Positions 48,936 through 57,952 of a stretch of 64,000 bases of DNA are shown here, one piece after another. The translations under genes and the position numbers were made by a program. The stretch comes from Gammaproteobacteria bacterium. Its GTDB lineage: Bacteria > Pseudomonadota > Gammaproteobacteria > Steroidobacterales > Steroidobacteraceae. The DNA is taken from assembly GCA_021323735.1 (NCBI GenBank), contig JAJPKM010000014.1, positions 32,173 to 96,172 of the forward strand, in the 5' to 3' direction. Numbering within the stretch: the stretch's first letter is position 1; every line of letters starts with the position of its first letter. The notes below the pieces were generated by a model. That model worked only from the letters and a program-made list of their open reading frames with translations. It did no database searches and was not told the origin of the DNA.

Positions 48936-49295
48936 TCATTCCACACGCATTCCCAAATACGGCGGCACCAACCGCTCAAATAGGCGTATCAAGCGCGGGT
49001 CCATATACTCGTAGTCGTCGGTGATGCCTAGGACGACTATCATCTGATTTCTAATACTCGTCCGGAATTGCTTGAGCAGCTTGTTGCGGTGATGACGTTC
49101 CATGACAAAAATCACGTCCGCCCAAGCCAGGAGCTCCGGTGTCACCGGCTCCTGACATTTAGGATCAAGGCCTGCCGACGCGACTTCGATCTCCGGCCGC
49201 CTGGAGAACACCTGCTCTGCCGTCGGACTCCGAAGCTGATTGCGGCTGCAAATGAACAACACGTGGCGAACAGTCCAGCGCACCCAGAGCGACAA
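48936..49295 (-). CDS. Low-molecular-weight phosphotyrosine phosphatase / ArsC-like family protein
   Basis: P-loop 'CSRNQLRSPTAE' (Cx5R[ST]). Confidence 0.65.
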   Translation of the reverse strand: MSLWVRWTVRHVLFICSRNQLRSPTAEQVFSRRPEIEVASAGLDPKCQEPVTPELLAWADVIFVMERHHRNKLLKQFRTSIRNQMIVVLGITDDYEYMDPRLIRLFERLVPPYLGMRVE

Positions 49296-49399
49296 CTGCG
49301 ACCATCGGAATCAAAGTATGGAAATTGCTCTGCATAGCCCACCAACCTCCCTGTCATCGTGCCTCATTGTAGAATAGAACACGAACCTCAGCGAACTGA

Positions 49400-49945
49400 C
49401 TACCCGATGAGCTTCTTGTAGGCGGCAAAATCTTCGCCTGAGTAACAGCAAAACACGACTTTCTCCAGCACCTCTGATTCCCTTGTAAAACGCCTTACCT
49501 CACCAATGGCAATCCGCGTCGCCTCCTTAATCGGATACGCATACGCCCCGGTACTGATGGCCGGAAAGGCAATCGACTTCAAACCTTTCTCAACCGCCAA
49601 CCGCAAAGAGTTTTCATAGCAAGAAGCCAGCAGCGCCGCTTCATTCCGGCTCCCACCCTTCCAAACCGGCCCCACGGTATGAATGACCCACCGCGCGGGT
49701 AAGCGATAGCCACCCGTGATCCGCGCCTCGCCGGTGGGACAACCTCCAAGCCCCCGGCATTCCTCCAACAGTTCCGGCCCAGCAGCATAGTGAATCGCCC
49801 CGTCTACTCCGCCGCCGCCCAGAAGCGATGTGTTCGCCGCATTGACGATCGCATCCACATCGAGAGTCGTGATGTCCCCTTTTACGATGCAGATTTCGGT
49901 TGGCATTCGCACCTCGATCGCTGCTGAGCTCTGATATTTAACCAC
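49400..49945 (-). CDS. Macro-domain protein (O-acetyl-ADP-ribose deacetylase / ADP-ribose-binding, YmdB-like)
   Basis: 'IVKGDITTLDVDAIVNAANTSLLGGGGVDGAIHYAAGPEL' and 'GYRLPARWVIHTVGPVW'. Confidence 0.8.
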   Translation of the reverse strand: MVKYQSSAAIEVRMPTEICIVKGDITTLDVDAIVNAANTSLLGGGGVDGAIHYAAGPELLEECRGLGGCPTGEARITGGYRLPARWVIHTVGPVWKGGSRNEAALLASCYENSLRLAVEKGLKSIAFPAISTGAYAYPIKEATRIAIGEVRRFTRESEVLEKVVFCCYSGEDFAAYKKLIG

Positions 49946-50109
49946 TGGCCTTAGTTGTTTCTCTCATCGGCTATTTTGATTGCCCTCCAGATAACTTCTA
50001 ACGCGCATGCTCCGGATAGCATAGTTATAACTATTGTGGTAACCTGTTAACAGGACAATTGTTACGCCGCCGGGCTTCGCACGGCGCAGTTCGAGTCACG
50101 AGGTACGAT

Positions 50110-50337
50110 ATGGTAGCGCTCAAGGTGCGGAAAGTTGGAAATTCCCTCGGGCTCGTACTTCCCAAGGAGGTCGTCAATCGCCTTCGTACCGGCGAGGGGG
50201 AAGAACTCTTCCTGATCGAGGGTCCGAATAATACTTACCGTCTCACGCCCTTCGATCCGGCTTTCCAAAAGAAGATGGAGAAGGCCGAGGAGATCATGTC
50301 GCGCTATCGGAACACGCTCAACGTTCTATCGAAATGA
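50110..50337 (+). CDS. AbrB/MazE/SpoVT-type antitoxin
   Basis: 'MVALKVRKVGNSLGLVLPKEVVNRL' swapped-hairpin motif. 4-bp overlap with the doc gene. Confidence 0.7.
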   Translation: MVALKVRKVGNSLGLVLPKEVVNRLRTGEGEELFLIEGPNNTYRLTPFDPAFQKKMEKAEEIMSRYRNTLNVLSK

Positions 50338-50726
50338 GCAAACCGATCTGGATCGAAGCCGAGCTCGTGCTCGCGATTCATGATCGACAGTTGGTCGAAC
50401 ACGGAGGCGCGACGGGTTTGCGTGATGAAGCGCTACTGCACTCCGCACTCGGCCGGCCGATGAATAAATTGGCCTACGAGAGCGCGGATATTGTCGAGCT
50501 TGCGGCGAAGTACACCGCCGGTATCGTGCAGAATCACCCTTTTGTCGATGGCAATAAACGTACAGGTTTTGTTGTCGGCATACTCTTTCTCGAACTTAAT
50601 GGCTATCGCTTCACGGCGAGCGAGGAAGCGGCGGCGCAGGCCATCCTTGAACTCGCCGCCGGTAGGATGGACGAAAAGGCATTCTGCGAATTCGTGCGCG
50701 CCAACTCGAAGCGAACGAGAACCTAA
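50334..50726 (+). CDS. doc: Doc (death-on-curing) Fic-fold toxin
   Basis: 'HPFVDGNKRTGF' Doc-type Fic motif; 130 aa. Confidence 0.85.
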   Translation: MSKPIWIEAELVLAIHDRQLVEHGGATGLRDEALLHSALGRPMNKLAYESADIVELAAKYTAGIVQNHPFVDGNKRTGFVVGILFLELNGYRFTASEEAAAQAILELAAGRMDEKAFCEFVRANSKRTRT

Positions 50727-50771
50727 TTACGGGTCGCACGCGGAATACGACGAGATCGATGCGGAGACGGT

Positions 50772-51101
50772 GTGATGAAAACGACGCTGATTGTTATACA
50801 AAATGCAGCAGACCACGCTGATGCCAAAAGGTTGGTCGAAAAGCTAATGGGATCGAGTGATCCTCAGGATGGCGCACGGATGGTAGCTCAGGCCCGCCTG
50901 GTCGAAGCTTACGAGCGCGCACAGTGGCCACGTACCGCGCCAGCACTTCCTGTGCTTCTCAGCTACTTAATGGATCAGCATAGCCTGTCGCGCGCCGATC
51001 TTGTGCCATTACTTGGAACTTCCAGCCGCGTGAGCGAGGTTTTGAACGGCAAACGAGACTTGAGCATGACGATGGTGCTGGCCACTGGGCTGTGTCGGTG
51101 A
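50772..51101 (+). pseudogene. higA: E. coli YgjM-type HigA antitoxin gene, truncated inside its C-terminal HTH by insertion of a higB fragment
   Basis: 'LMDQHSLSRADLVPLLGTSSRVSEVLNGKRDLSMTMV' parallels YgjM 'LMDQYGLTLSDLPEIGSKSMVSRVLSGKRKLTLEHAKKLA' but stops prematurely. Preceded by a toxin C-terminus-like '...EYDEIDAETV*'. Confidence 0.55.
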
Positions 51102-51176
51102 ACGGAAATTGGCGTCTGACCTTCACGTTTGAAGGCACCGACGCGATCTTGGTCGACTATTTGGATTATCACTGAG
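51060..51176 (+). pseudogene. higB: Orphan 3' fragment of a killer-protein-family higB toxin gene (no 5' part), directly upstream of its cognate higA
   Basis: Encodes '...GAGHWAVSVNGNWRLTFTFEGTDAILVDYLDYH*', matching the HigB C-terminal consensus; no start codon or N-terminal region. Confidence 0.65.
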
Positions 51177-51182
51177 GAGATG

Positions 51183-51494
51183 GCTATGACGCGCATGCAC
51201 AACCCACCGCACCCCGGCGAGGTACTCCAGGATGGCGTCCTGGGTGGTGATTTGACGGTGACCGAGTTCGCCAAACGCCTACGCGTTTCCCGCGTCGCTT
51301 TGTCGCGCGTGCTTAATGGACATGCCGCCGTCAGCGCTGAGCTTGCTATTAGGCTGGCCGCCGCGCTTGGTGGCTCGGCTGAATCATGGCTCAGCATGCA
51401 AGCTGCCTACGATCTTTGGCATGCAGCAAAGAAGCGCCGGCCGAAGATCCAAAAGATCGAACGCGCGCACTTGGAGCGCGCGGCAGCTGCATAG
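51183..51494 (+). CDS. higA: HigA-type XRE-family HTH antitoxin
   Basis: 'MHNPPHPGEVLQDGVL...TVTEFAKRLRVSRVALSRVLNGHAAVSAELAIRLAAALGGSAESWL' is a canonical HigA HTH. Confidence 0.8.
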   Translation, partial: AMTRMHNPPHPGEVLQDGVLGGDLTVTEFAKRLRVSRVALSRVLNGHAAVSAELAIRLAAALGGSAESWLSMQAAYDLWHAAKKRRPKIQKIERAHLERAAAA

Positions 51495-51670
51495 AACTGC
51501 ATGTGTCCTTGAAGAGGCGCGACGGCGTGGTATTTCGGGTCGCACGAGGAATACGACAAGATCGATGCGGAGACAGTGTGATGAAAACGACGCTGATTGT
51601 TATCCAAATCCGAAAGTGGTTGTCCCTGTTGCTGGCTATCGCAGAAACGGGCTTCCGCCCGGTGTCCTCG

Positions 51671-53005
51671 CTATGTATTATCTTGAGAGAGCTTTTCCAC
51701 GTCTGCAGTTGTTAACAACACGGAGTCTGGCTCTTCAACAGCCCAGCAGAGATATTTTGTCTTGACCATCCGCTCGATCTTTGATCGGTTGCGGTGAAAT
51801 GTCGCAAGCCGCCCTTCGTTGTCTCGCCTATCCGAGCCAAAATGATCATCCAGCGCCTCGCGACTTACAGCACACTTCACAGAATGCCCGAGTGCTTCAC
51901 CGACGAAACTGATGACCTCTCGACTCGAATCGTATAGCGGCGGCGCATCGGAGAATGTCAGCATTATGCCCTTCAAAATCTCGCGGGGCTTCTGCAGCGT
52001 CCTCAGCAACAGGTCGCGGGCTTCCGAGGACAGGCGGGTCATGCCTCCCAGTAACAATTTCCGCCACCGTGGTCCGCGGCCGTATGCCTCATCCCAAGCC
52101 AATCGCAGTTCGTCCGAGCGCTTCTCGAGTAACGTCAATATCAATGCCTCCGCCTGTGAGACATCCTTATCTCGCTTCGTCACTGCGGGCGGACGCTCAA
52201 GTGCGAGAATCAACTTGTGCACGGCAAATCTCTCAGGCGCAGGCACAAGGACAAGGACTCCTGACTTGTACAACATCACGGCGCTAATAGGATCGTGAAT
52301 CAGGAAATCCAGGTACCGGAGCGGTTGTGCGTCGGTTTGGAGGGCAGGAAGATTCTGCGGCGAATCAGTATTCGCCCCCTCATTCGGGGTAACGAAATCC
52401 ACGCGCAGGCCACCCTTGCCAATGTAACTCGTCGTATGCTGGTGACGCGCGAGAGGTGGTATCTCGCGAAATGTCTTGTCTACACCGCGTAGGATATCCA
52501 GCATGGGTGCGGTTTGATCTCCCACCGCAACTGAAATACTGCTGAACTGCGCGATGTCTACGTCACTCGTTTGGAGCAGCGCGTTGGGTAATTTGGTACC
52601 AAGAATTGCCGGATAGCTCTGATAGGCCACGGTACCGACCAAAACACTGCGCAGGCGAAACACTCCCGCCCGCGCGAGCGCGGCCACGAGATCGCCTATT
52701 GGCGCAATCGGGGCGGGAAGACCGAACGCTCTGGTGAGGGCTGAAACCAACGCGCGGCGCTCCTTTTCGTCATCTCGCTGTTCACGATGATGTTTGATGC
52801 GCTCCAGAAGTTCTTGGGTCTCCGGACCAACGTATCGCTGTACGCGCCCTTGGGCCGTCGACTTCTGGAAGTACCAGTAGCGGCGCCCCTTGATTGCTTT
52901 CGAGTTAAATGTGCCGTCCTCTGCGAAGGCTTGGCTGAAGTAACTCGCCTCGCAGCGCTCCAGCAATTCGGCATAGGTAGTTTGAGCAACTAGTGGCGCG
53001 GCCAT
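51671..53005 (-). CDS. Nucleotidyltransferase-fold protein (GSU2403/AbiEii-like superfamily)
   Basis: 444 aa; central 'LVGTVAYQSYPAILGTKLPNALLQTSDVDIAQF' NTase-like region. Confidence 0.5.
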   Translation of the reverse strand: MAAPLVAQTTYAELLERCEASYFSQAFAEDGTFNSKAIKGRRYWYFQKSTAQGRVQRYVGPETQELLERIKHHREQRDDEKERRALVSALTRAFGLPAPIAPIGDLVAALARAGVFRLRSVLVGTVAYQSYPAILGTKLPNALLQTSDVDIAQFSSISVAVGDQTAPMLDILRGVDKTFREIPPLARHQHTTSYIGKGGLRVDFVTPNEGANTDSPQNLPALQTDAQPLRYLDFLIHDPISAVMLYKSGVLVLVPAPERFAVHKLILALERPPAVTKRDKDVSQAEALILTLLEKRSDELRLAWDEAYGRGPRWRKLLLGGMTRLSSEARDLLLRTLQKPREILKGIMLTFSDAPPLYDSSREVISFVGEALGHSVKCAVSREALDDHFGSDRRDNEGRLATFHRNRSKIERMVKTKYLCWAVEEPDSVLLTTADVEKLSQDNT

Positions 53006-53191
53006 GACATCAATCTACTTTTATACGCAATTCTCAGAGTGAGTATAATATGGTTATACGCAATAAGCAACTTGCTTATAACAGTGTTGCTTAGCCGCGA
53101 TACCCGCAGCGATAAATAACTCCCACATCGCCCAGCTGCAAGCGATCATTAGGCGACAACACACTGATTCCAGGAGAATTGTCTAGCGATC

Positions 53192-54037
53192 CTACGGACG
53201 TAAAGCGCGCTGCAGCGCTCTTGTTTCCTCACTGGCTTGAGCGATGAGGCTTCGACAGGCCTCGACACTCAGGTCAAGTCGCACGAAAGCTCCGCCTGCG
53301 TTGAGGGTCGAGGTGTCGTAGCTGTTTCGCAGCCGGTGCGCGAGTCGAATACTCACGATCAACACATCAGTCAGTGTCGGAGGGCCGACTCGGACGATGT
53401 TAACCTCCCCTTGGGCGCCGACCGCTTCGCAAACCGCCTCATCCATCTGCCAGTTTTTCAGCACCGCCTTGGCGATTGCCGGATGCCATGCCTCGACAAG
53501 CGCTGGATTTAGAGGAGCTTGCGGCGCTCCCCGGCTCGCACTTTGCACCAGAATGTAGAAACGTCCTATGCCGTGCAGCAGACCGGCCGCAAAGGCGCCT
53601 GGAAACGGCAGCGACTTTCGCTTGGCGACCGCTTCGGAAAAATGGGCGACCATGACGCATTCGGACCAGAGCTCATCCAGCCGAGGGGCGATGGATCGCA
53701 GTGATTCGCTGTGCCGGATATGCGCGACGGCATGCCCGAGAGCGACACTGTAGACCTTTTGGGCCCCCAGGCGATTGATGGCGACACCTAGGTCGATGAT
53801 CACTCGCCCCGTCGCGTTGAAGGCAACGGAGTTCGCCATCTGGAGCAGCCGGTCGGCGAGCGTGCGTTCAGTCGAAATGACACGCGCAACCTTCTGCGGC
53901 GTAAAGTCCGGATCCTTGTAGGCCTCCTGAACCTTGATCACGACCTGCGGAAAAACGGGTAGATCCACGGTCCCGGCCGCCAACGTATCCGCCAGGCTTC
54001 TTAGGAATTCGAGAGTTTGGAGGTCTGCAACTGTCAC
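53192..54037 (-). CDS. HDOD-domain signalling protein
   Basis: 'LPVFPQVVIKVQEAYKDPDFTPQKVARVISTERTLADRLLQMANSVAF...AAGLLHGIGRFYIL' is a typical HDOD. Confidence 0.7.
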   Translation of the reverse strand: MTVADLQTLEFLRSLADTLAAGTVDLPVFPQVVIKVQEAYKDPDFTPQKVARVISTERTLADRLLQMANSVAFNATGRVIIDLGVAINRLGAQKVYSVALGHAVAHIRHSESLRSIAPRLDELWSECVMVAHFSEAVAKRKSLPFPGAFAAGLLHGIGRFYILVQSASRGAPQAPLNPALVEAWHPAIAKAVLKNWQMDEAVCEAVGAQGEVNIVRVGPPTLTDVLIVSIRLAHRLRNSYDTSTLNAGGAFVRLDLSVEACRSLIAQASEETRALQRALRP

Positions 54038-54349
54038 ACCGATTCATTCCTTCACTTTGTTACGAGGGTTGAGCCCTCGGGCACCGTGTGCGCGGCATCG
54101 GCGCTTTCCGCCCATGCTTGGCAGCGCAAAGTTTTCCATTTCGGCGGGCTCAAACAACTACCTCAGACCTAGCATAAGCTCAGCGTAGTCTGGAGTCGAC
54201 TGCCGATCATCGAGCGCAAATGTCTTCGCTCGAATACTCATGGGCGGCATCCATTCATTTCGAGGTTTTTGCAGTGGAAAGGAGTGTTCCATTGCCGCTC
54301 GGGGGCATGCGATCGTCGAATCCGGATATCCACTGTTGCAACCGCCCCC

Positions 54350-55477
54350 ATGGCTCCGATTCAAAGACGACCGCCGGGACTCCTGCTTCGCGGCGGCGTC
54401 TGGCACATCGACAAGGTCATCTACGGTAAGCGGATCTGCGCGAGCACCGGCACCCGAGACCTTACCGAGGCCCAGGCGCTTCTGGCGCGACGGGTGACCC
54501 AGGCCCGTCAGGTACATCTGTTCGGTGAACAGCGCGAGCATACTTTTCGCGAGGCCGGCTCGAAGTTTCTTGCCGAAAATCAGCACAAGCGCAGTCTGGA
54601 GCGCGACCAACGGGCGCTAGCGATTCTCGACCCCTTCATCGGCGCGCTGCCTCTGCAACGGGTGCATCACGATACACTCGCGCCGTATATCCGCTCCCGA
54701 CTCGGCCAGGGCCGCAGCCCGGGAACGATCAATCGGGATCTCTCCGTCGTGCGACGCATCCTGAATCTGGCGGCACGCCTGTGGCGCGATGAAACCCACC
54801 GGCCCTGGCTTCCGGTGGCGCCTCTCATCCAGATGCAGCGTCATCCGCGCGCGCGAGAGCCCTACCCGCTGTCGATCGCGGAGCAAAGCTTGTTGTTCTC
54901 TGAACTCGCAGATCACCTCGCCGCAATGGCGCTCTTCAAGGTCAACACAGGCCTCCGGGAACAGGAGGTCGTCAACCTGCACTGGCAGTGGGAGTCGCAC
55001 ATCCCAGAGCTCGGCGCTTCCATCTTTGTCATTCCCCGCGACTATGTGAAAAATGGGCTTGACCGCTTCGTCGTGCTCAATCGAATTGCTCGATCCGTGA
55101 TCGCGAGTTGCCGGGGCCGGCATCGCGAATTCGTCTTTACCTGCGACGGCCGTCCCGTGACCCGGATTTACAACTCGGGCTGGAAGGCCGCGCGGCGGCG
55201 CGCCGCAGCGCGCTACGAGCGTGAGCTCGGGCGCCCGTGTCCGGCAGGATTTCGGTCGATTCGCGTTCACGATATGAAGCACACGTACGGTCATAGGCTG
55301 CGGGTTGCCGGCGTCAACTTCGAGGATCGCAAGCTGCTCCTCGGTCACAAGGCACAGCACATCACGACGCATTATTCGGCGCCGGAGATCGGCGCGCTCA
55401 TCGAGGCCTCGGAGAAGGTGTGTGAGCTCGAGTCGCGCACAAGCCCCCCAATCTCTGTGGTGCGAACGCGCGCCTGA
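54350..55477 (+). CDS. int: Tyrosine-type site-specific integrase
   Basis: Catalytic-domain residues in 'VHDMKHTYGHRL' (HxxR), 'LLGHK', '...THYSA' (Tyr nucleophile region); N-terminal SAM-like and core-binding regions. Confidence 0.85.
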   Translation: MAPIQRRPPGLLLRGGVWHIDKVIYGKRICASTGTRDLTEAQALLARRVTQARQVHLFGEQREHTFREAGSKFLAENQHKRSLERDQRALAILDPFIGALPLQRVHHDTLAPYIRSRLGQGRSPGTINRDLSVVRRILNLAARLWRDETHRPWLPVAPLIQMQRHPRAREPYPLSIAEQSLLFSELADHLAAMALFKVNTGLREQEVVNLHWQWESHIPELGASIFVIPRDYVKNGLDRFVVLNRIARSVIASCRGRHREFVFTCDGRPVTRIYNSGWKAARRRAAARYERELGRPCPAGFRSIRVHDMKHTYGHRLRVAGVNFEDRKLLLGHKAQHITTHYSAPEIGALIEASEKVCELESRTSPPISVVRTRA

Positions 55478-56187
55478 TCGGGTGGGGTTCCTGCATCGTC
55501 CAGCAACGCGAGGGGATCGGTGAGAAGCAGCACTGACGGGGGCCGGATGAGCCATTATCGCTCAGTATTTGCCATTAAAGTGAGCGATAAATGGCCATAT
55601 TGTCGCTCGTGCGCTGGAATTGGCAGGACCCGAATTGGCCGACCTTCCGCTTCTGCCCGACCGCGACGAGTGGTGTGAGTAGACATACTCCCGCGTTGCA
55701 GGCTGCGCATCCTATGAATCCATAGCGAGATAATTTCGACAAATTAGTTGACACGCCGCAATTTTGGCGTAAATTGCGCGCCCCTATGAATCATCGATCA
55801 ACAGGTTTTGAGACGCGGCAGCGTTGCGTGCTGAAAGATTGCGCGGGAAATCTCGTGAATTCCCGCGGTGCGCCGCCGCGCACTTTGGAAATTGTGATGC
55901 GTTAGCCTCGTTCGCATAAGTTGCGGGGCTGACCAGATGGCAGTCCCCGGAACAATCTCTCACCGAGACCTCGGAAGGCACTGCCGACCGGGGTCTCGTC
56001 GTTTTGGGCGGCGAGAAGCTAGAGAGAACGAGAGAGGAGGATTTGGGACCGCGGATTACCGCGATCCCGCGACGAGGTCGAAACATCGATCGTGCAACGA
56101 AAGTGGGTTCGTAAGCCCACCTGGCGCGCTTGTGCCCCGCTTCGGGTTGCGCTGGCGCGTACCACACGGCCGCTCTGTTTCAGCCAC

Positions 56188-56261
56188 CACAAGTTAGCTC
56201 AGATGGGTAGAGCAACGGTCTCGAAAACCGTGTGTCGCGGGTTCGACTCCCGCACTTGTAC
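56188..56261 (+). tRNA. tRNA-like gene with a class I cloverleaf; anticodon loop CUCGAAA (apparent anticodon CGA); C1-A72 mismatch; no encoded CCA
   Basis: Hand-folded: acceptor CACAAGT/ACTTGTA, D-arm 'TAGCTCAGATGGGTAGAGC', anticodon stem ACGGT/ACCGT, 5-nt variable loop, T-arm 'GCGGGTTCGACTCCCGC'. Identity is ambiguous because a Ser-type anticodon sits on a short-variable-arm body. Confidence 0.6.
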
Positions 56262-56602
56262 CAGTCCACAAACTGGGACTTGATGGTGTTGAGGCGAGGT
56301 TAGCCCCTCGCATCGAGGTGAGCTTCGGTGGGGGAACGATGAGCATTTCGGCATCGATCCAACACAACGCGTGCAACGCCTTGAGCGGTGGAACGCGCGG
56401 TGTTTGCTCCGATGGCCGCTGAGTTGAGTCGCTGAGTTTGGTTCGCTCTCTCGAGGAACCGAATTCGACGATCGAAGACTGAGGCGAATCGGCTTCGCGA
56501 ATGCCGCGGCCCCACGGCCCGCGCGGCCTGCGGAAGTGAACCTCGACCTTTTTGGATGGCCGCCGTACATGGGGTACGGCGGCCGCGGTAAGGAGAAGAG
56601 AG

Positions 56603-57751
56603 ATGAACGCGATGATGGGAATGAAGCGAGTCACGATTGCGCAGTACGAGCGCGGCCTTCTGTTTCGTAACCGCAGCTTCGAGGCGGTCCTGGATCCGGG
56701 CGTGTACTGGATGTTCGATCCGCTGAACCGCACCGAGATCAAGGTGTACGACGTTGCTGTGGCGGAGTTCGAGCACCCGCGGGTCGACGTGCTGATCACC
56801 GAGGCGCGCGCGCTGATCGAACGGCACCTGATGATTGTGGAACTGGGCGACCGCGAGGTCGGACTGGTCTACAAGAACGGCCGATTGGAGTCGGTGCTGG
56901 CGCCGGGTAAGCGTCAGCTGTACTGGCGCTGGCCCATCGTCGTTCGGGTCGATGTGAAGGATATCTCGCGCGACTTTGCGCTCGATGCCGCCACGGCCCG
57001 GATCTTGATGCGCGCAGGTTCAGCAGCGAACACCGCGGCCATCGGCTCCGTCGAGGTACCGGATACCTCGGTCGGCCTGTTGATCGCGGATGGCGAGCTG
57101 CGCGAGGTGCTGAAGCCTGGCTTGACGGCGTTCTGGAAGTTCCAGCGCAACGTCAAGGTAGAGTTGGTGGATCTGCGATTGCAGACGATGGAGGTTGCGG
57201 GCCAGGAAATCCTGACGCGCGACAAGGTGAGCTTGCGCGTCAACCTGACGGCGCTCTGGCAGGTGCTTGACCCGGTTCTGGCCCGGACGCGGCTCGTCAA
57301 CTTCGTCGAGTACGTCTACAAGGAGCTGCAGTTCGCGCTGCGAGAAGCAGTGGGTGCTCGCACCTTGGATGAGTTGCTGGGCGATAAGGGAGCGTTCGAT
57401 CGCGAGATCAGCGCCATTGTGGCCGGCAAGCTCGAGGGCAACGGTGTAGTGGTTCGTTCGGTTGGTGTGAAGGATGTCATCTTGCCGGGGGAGATGAAGG
57501 TGATCCTCAACCAGGTGGTCGAGGCGGAAAAGATCGCGCAGGCGAACTTGATCCGCCGGCGCGAGGAGACGGCGGCGACTCGATCGCTGCTCAACACCGC
57601 GCGCTTGATGGACGACAACCCGACGCTGTTGCGGTTGAAGGAGTTGGAGACGCTGGAAAAGGTGACGGAGAAGATCGACAAGTTGACGGTCTTCGGCGGC
57701 CTTGAAGGCGTGTTGAAGGATGTCGTACGTATCCAGGTGCCGGGTGCCTGA
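56603..57751 (+). CDS. SPFH/band-7 (slipin-like) domain protein
   Basis: 'RVTIAQYERGLLFRNRSFEAVLDPGVYWMFDPLNRTEIKVYD' band-7 N-terminus and a coiled-coil-rich C-terminal half; AGGAGA RBS upstream of the start. Confidence 0.65.
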   Translation: MNAMMGMKRVTIAQYERGLLFRNRSFEAVLDPGVYWMFDPLNRTEIKVYDVAVAEFEHPRVDVLITEARALIERHLMIVELGDREVGLVYKNGRLESVLAPGKRQLYWRWPIVVRVDVKDISRDFALDAATARILMRAGSAANTAAIGSVEVPDTSVGLLIADGELREVLKPGLTAFWKFQRNVKVELVDLRLQTMEVAGQEILTRDKVSLRVNLTALWQVLDPVLARTRLVNFVEYVYKELQFALREAVGARTLDELLGDKGAFDREISAIVAGKLEGNGVVVRSVGVKDVILPGEMKVILNQVVEAEKIAQANLIRRREETAATRSLLNTARLMDDNPTLLRLKELETLEKVTEKIDKLTVFGGLEGVLKDVVRIQVPGA

Positions 57752-57952
57752 GAGCCGCACGACAAGCAGGTGCCCGGCGGTCGCAAGGCCGCTGGGCTTT
57801 TACATGTTCAGGACACGAGCATGATTGATCGCAAATTTGGCGCCGGACCGGACGAGAGACTGTTCGAACCCTTTTGGCTAAATGAGTAACAGCGATGCCC
57901 ATGGGCCGTCATTCTGCAGGCCGCCCGGCAGCGTAGCGGAGCGTCAGCCCGT

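Noticed and set aside
55747-55774. sigma70-like promoter (TTGACA, 16-nt spacer, TAAATT) pointing rightwards
   Set aside because: No gene starts within 400 bp downstream on that strand; the tRNA-like gene is at 56188. Kept only as a note.
54269-56263. Prophage hypothesis for the integrase region
   Set aside because: No capsid, terminase, tail or lysis genes anywhere in the window; the contents fit a genomic island or mosaic accessory region better.
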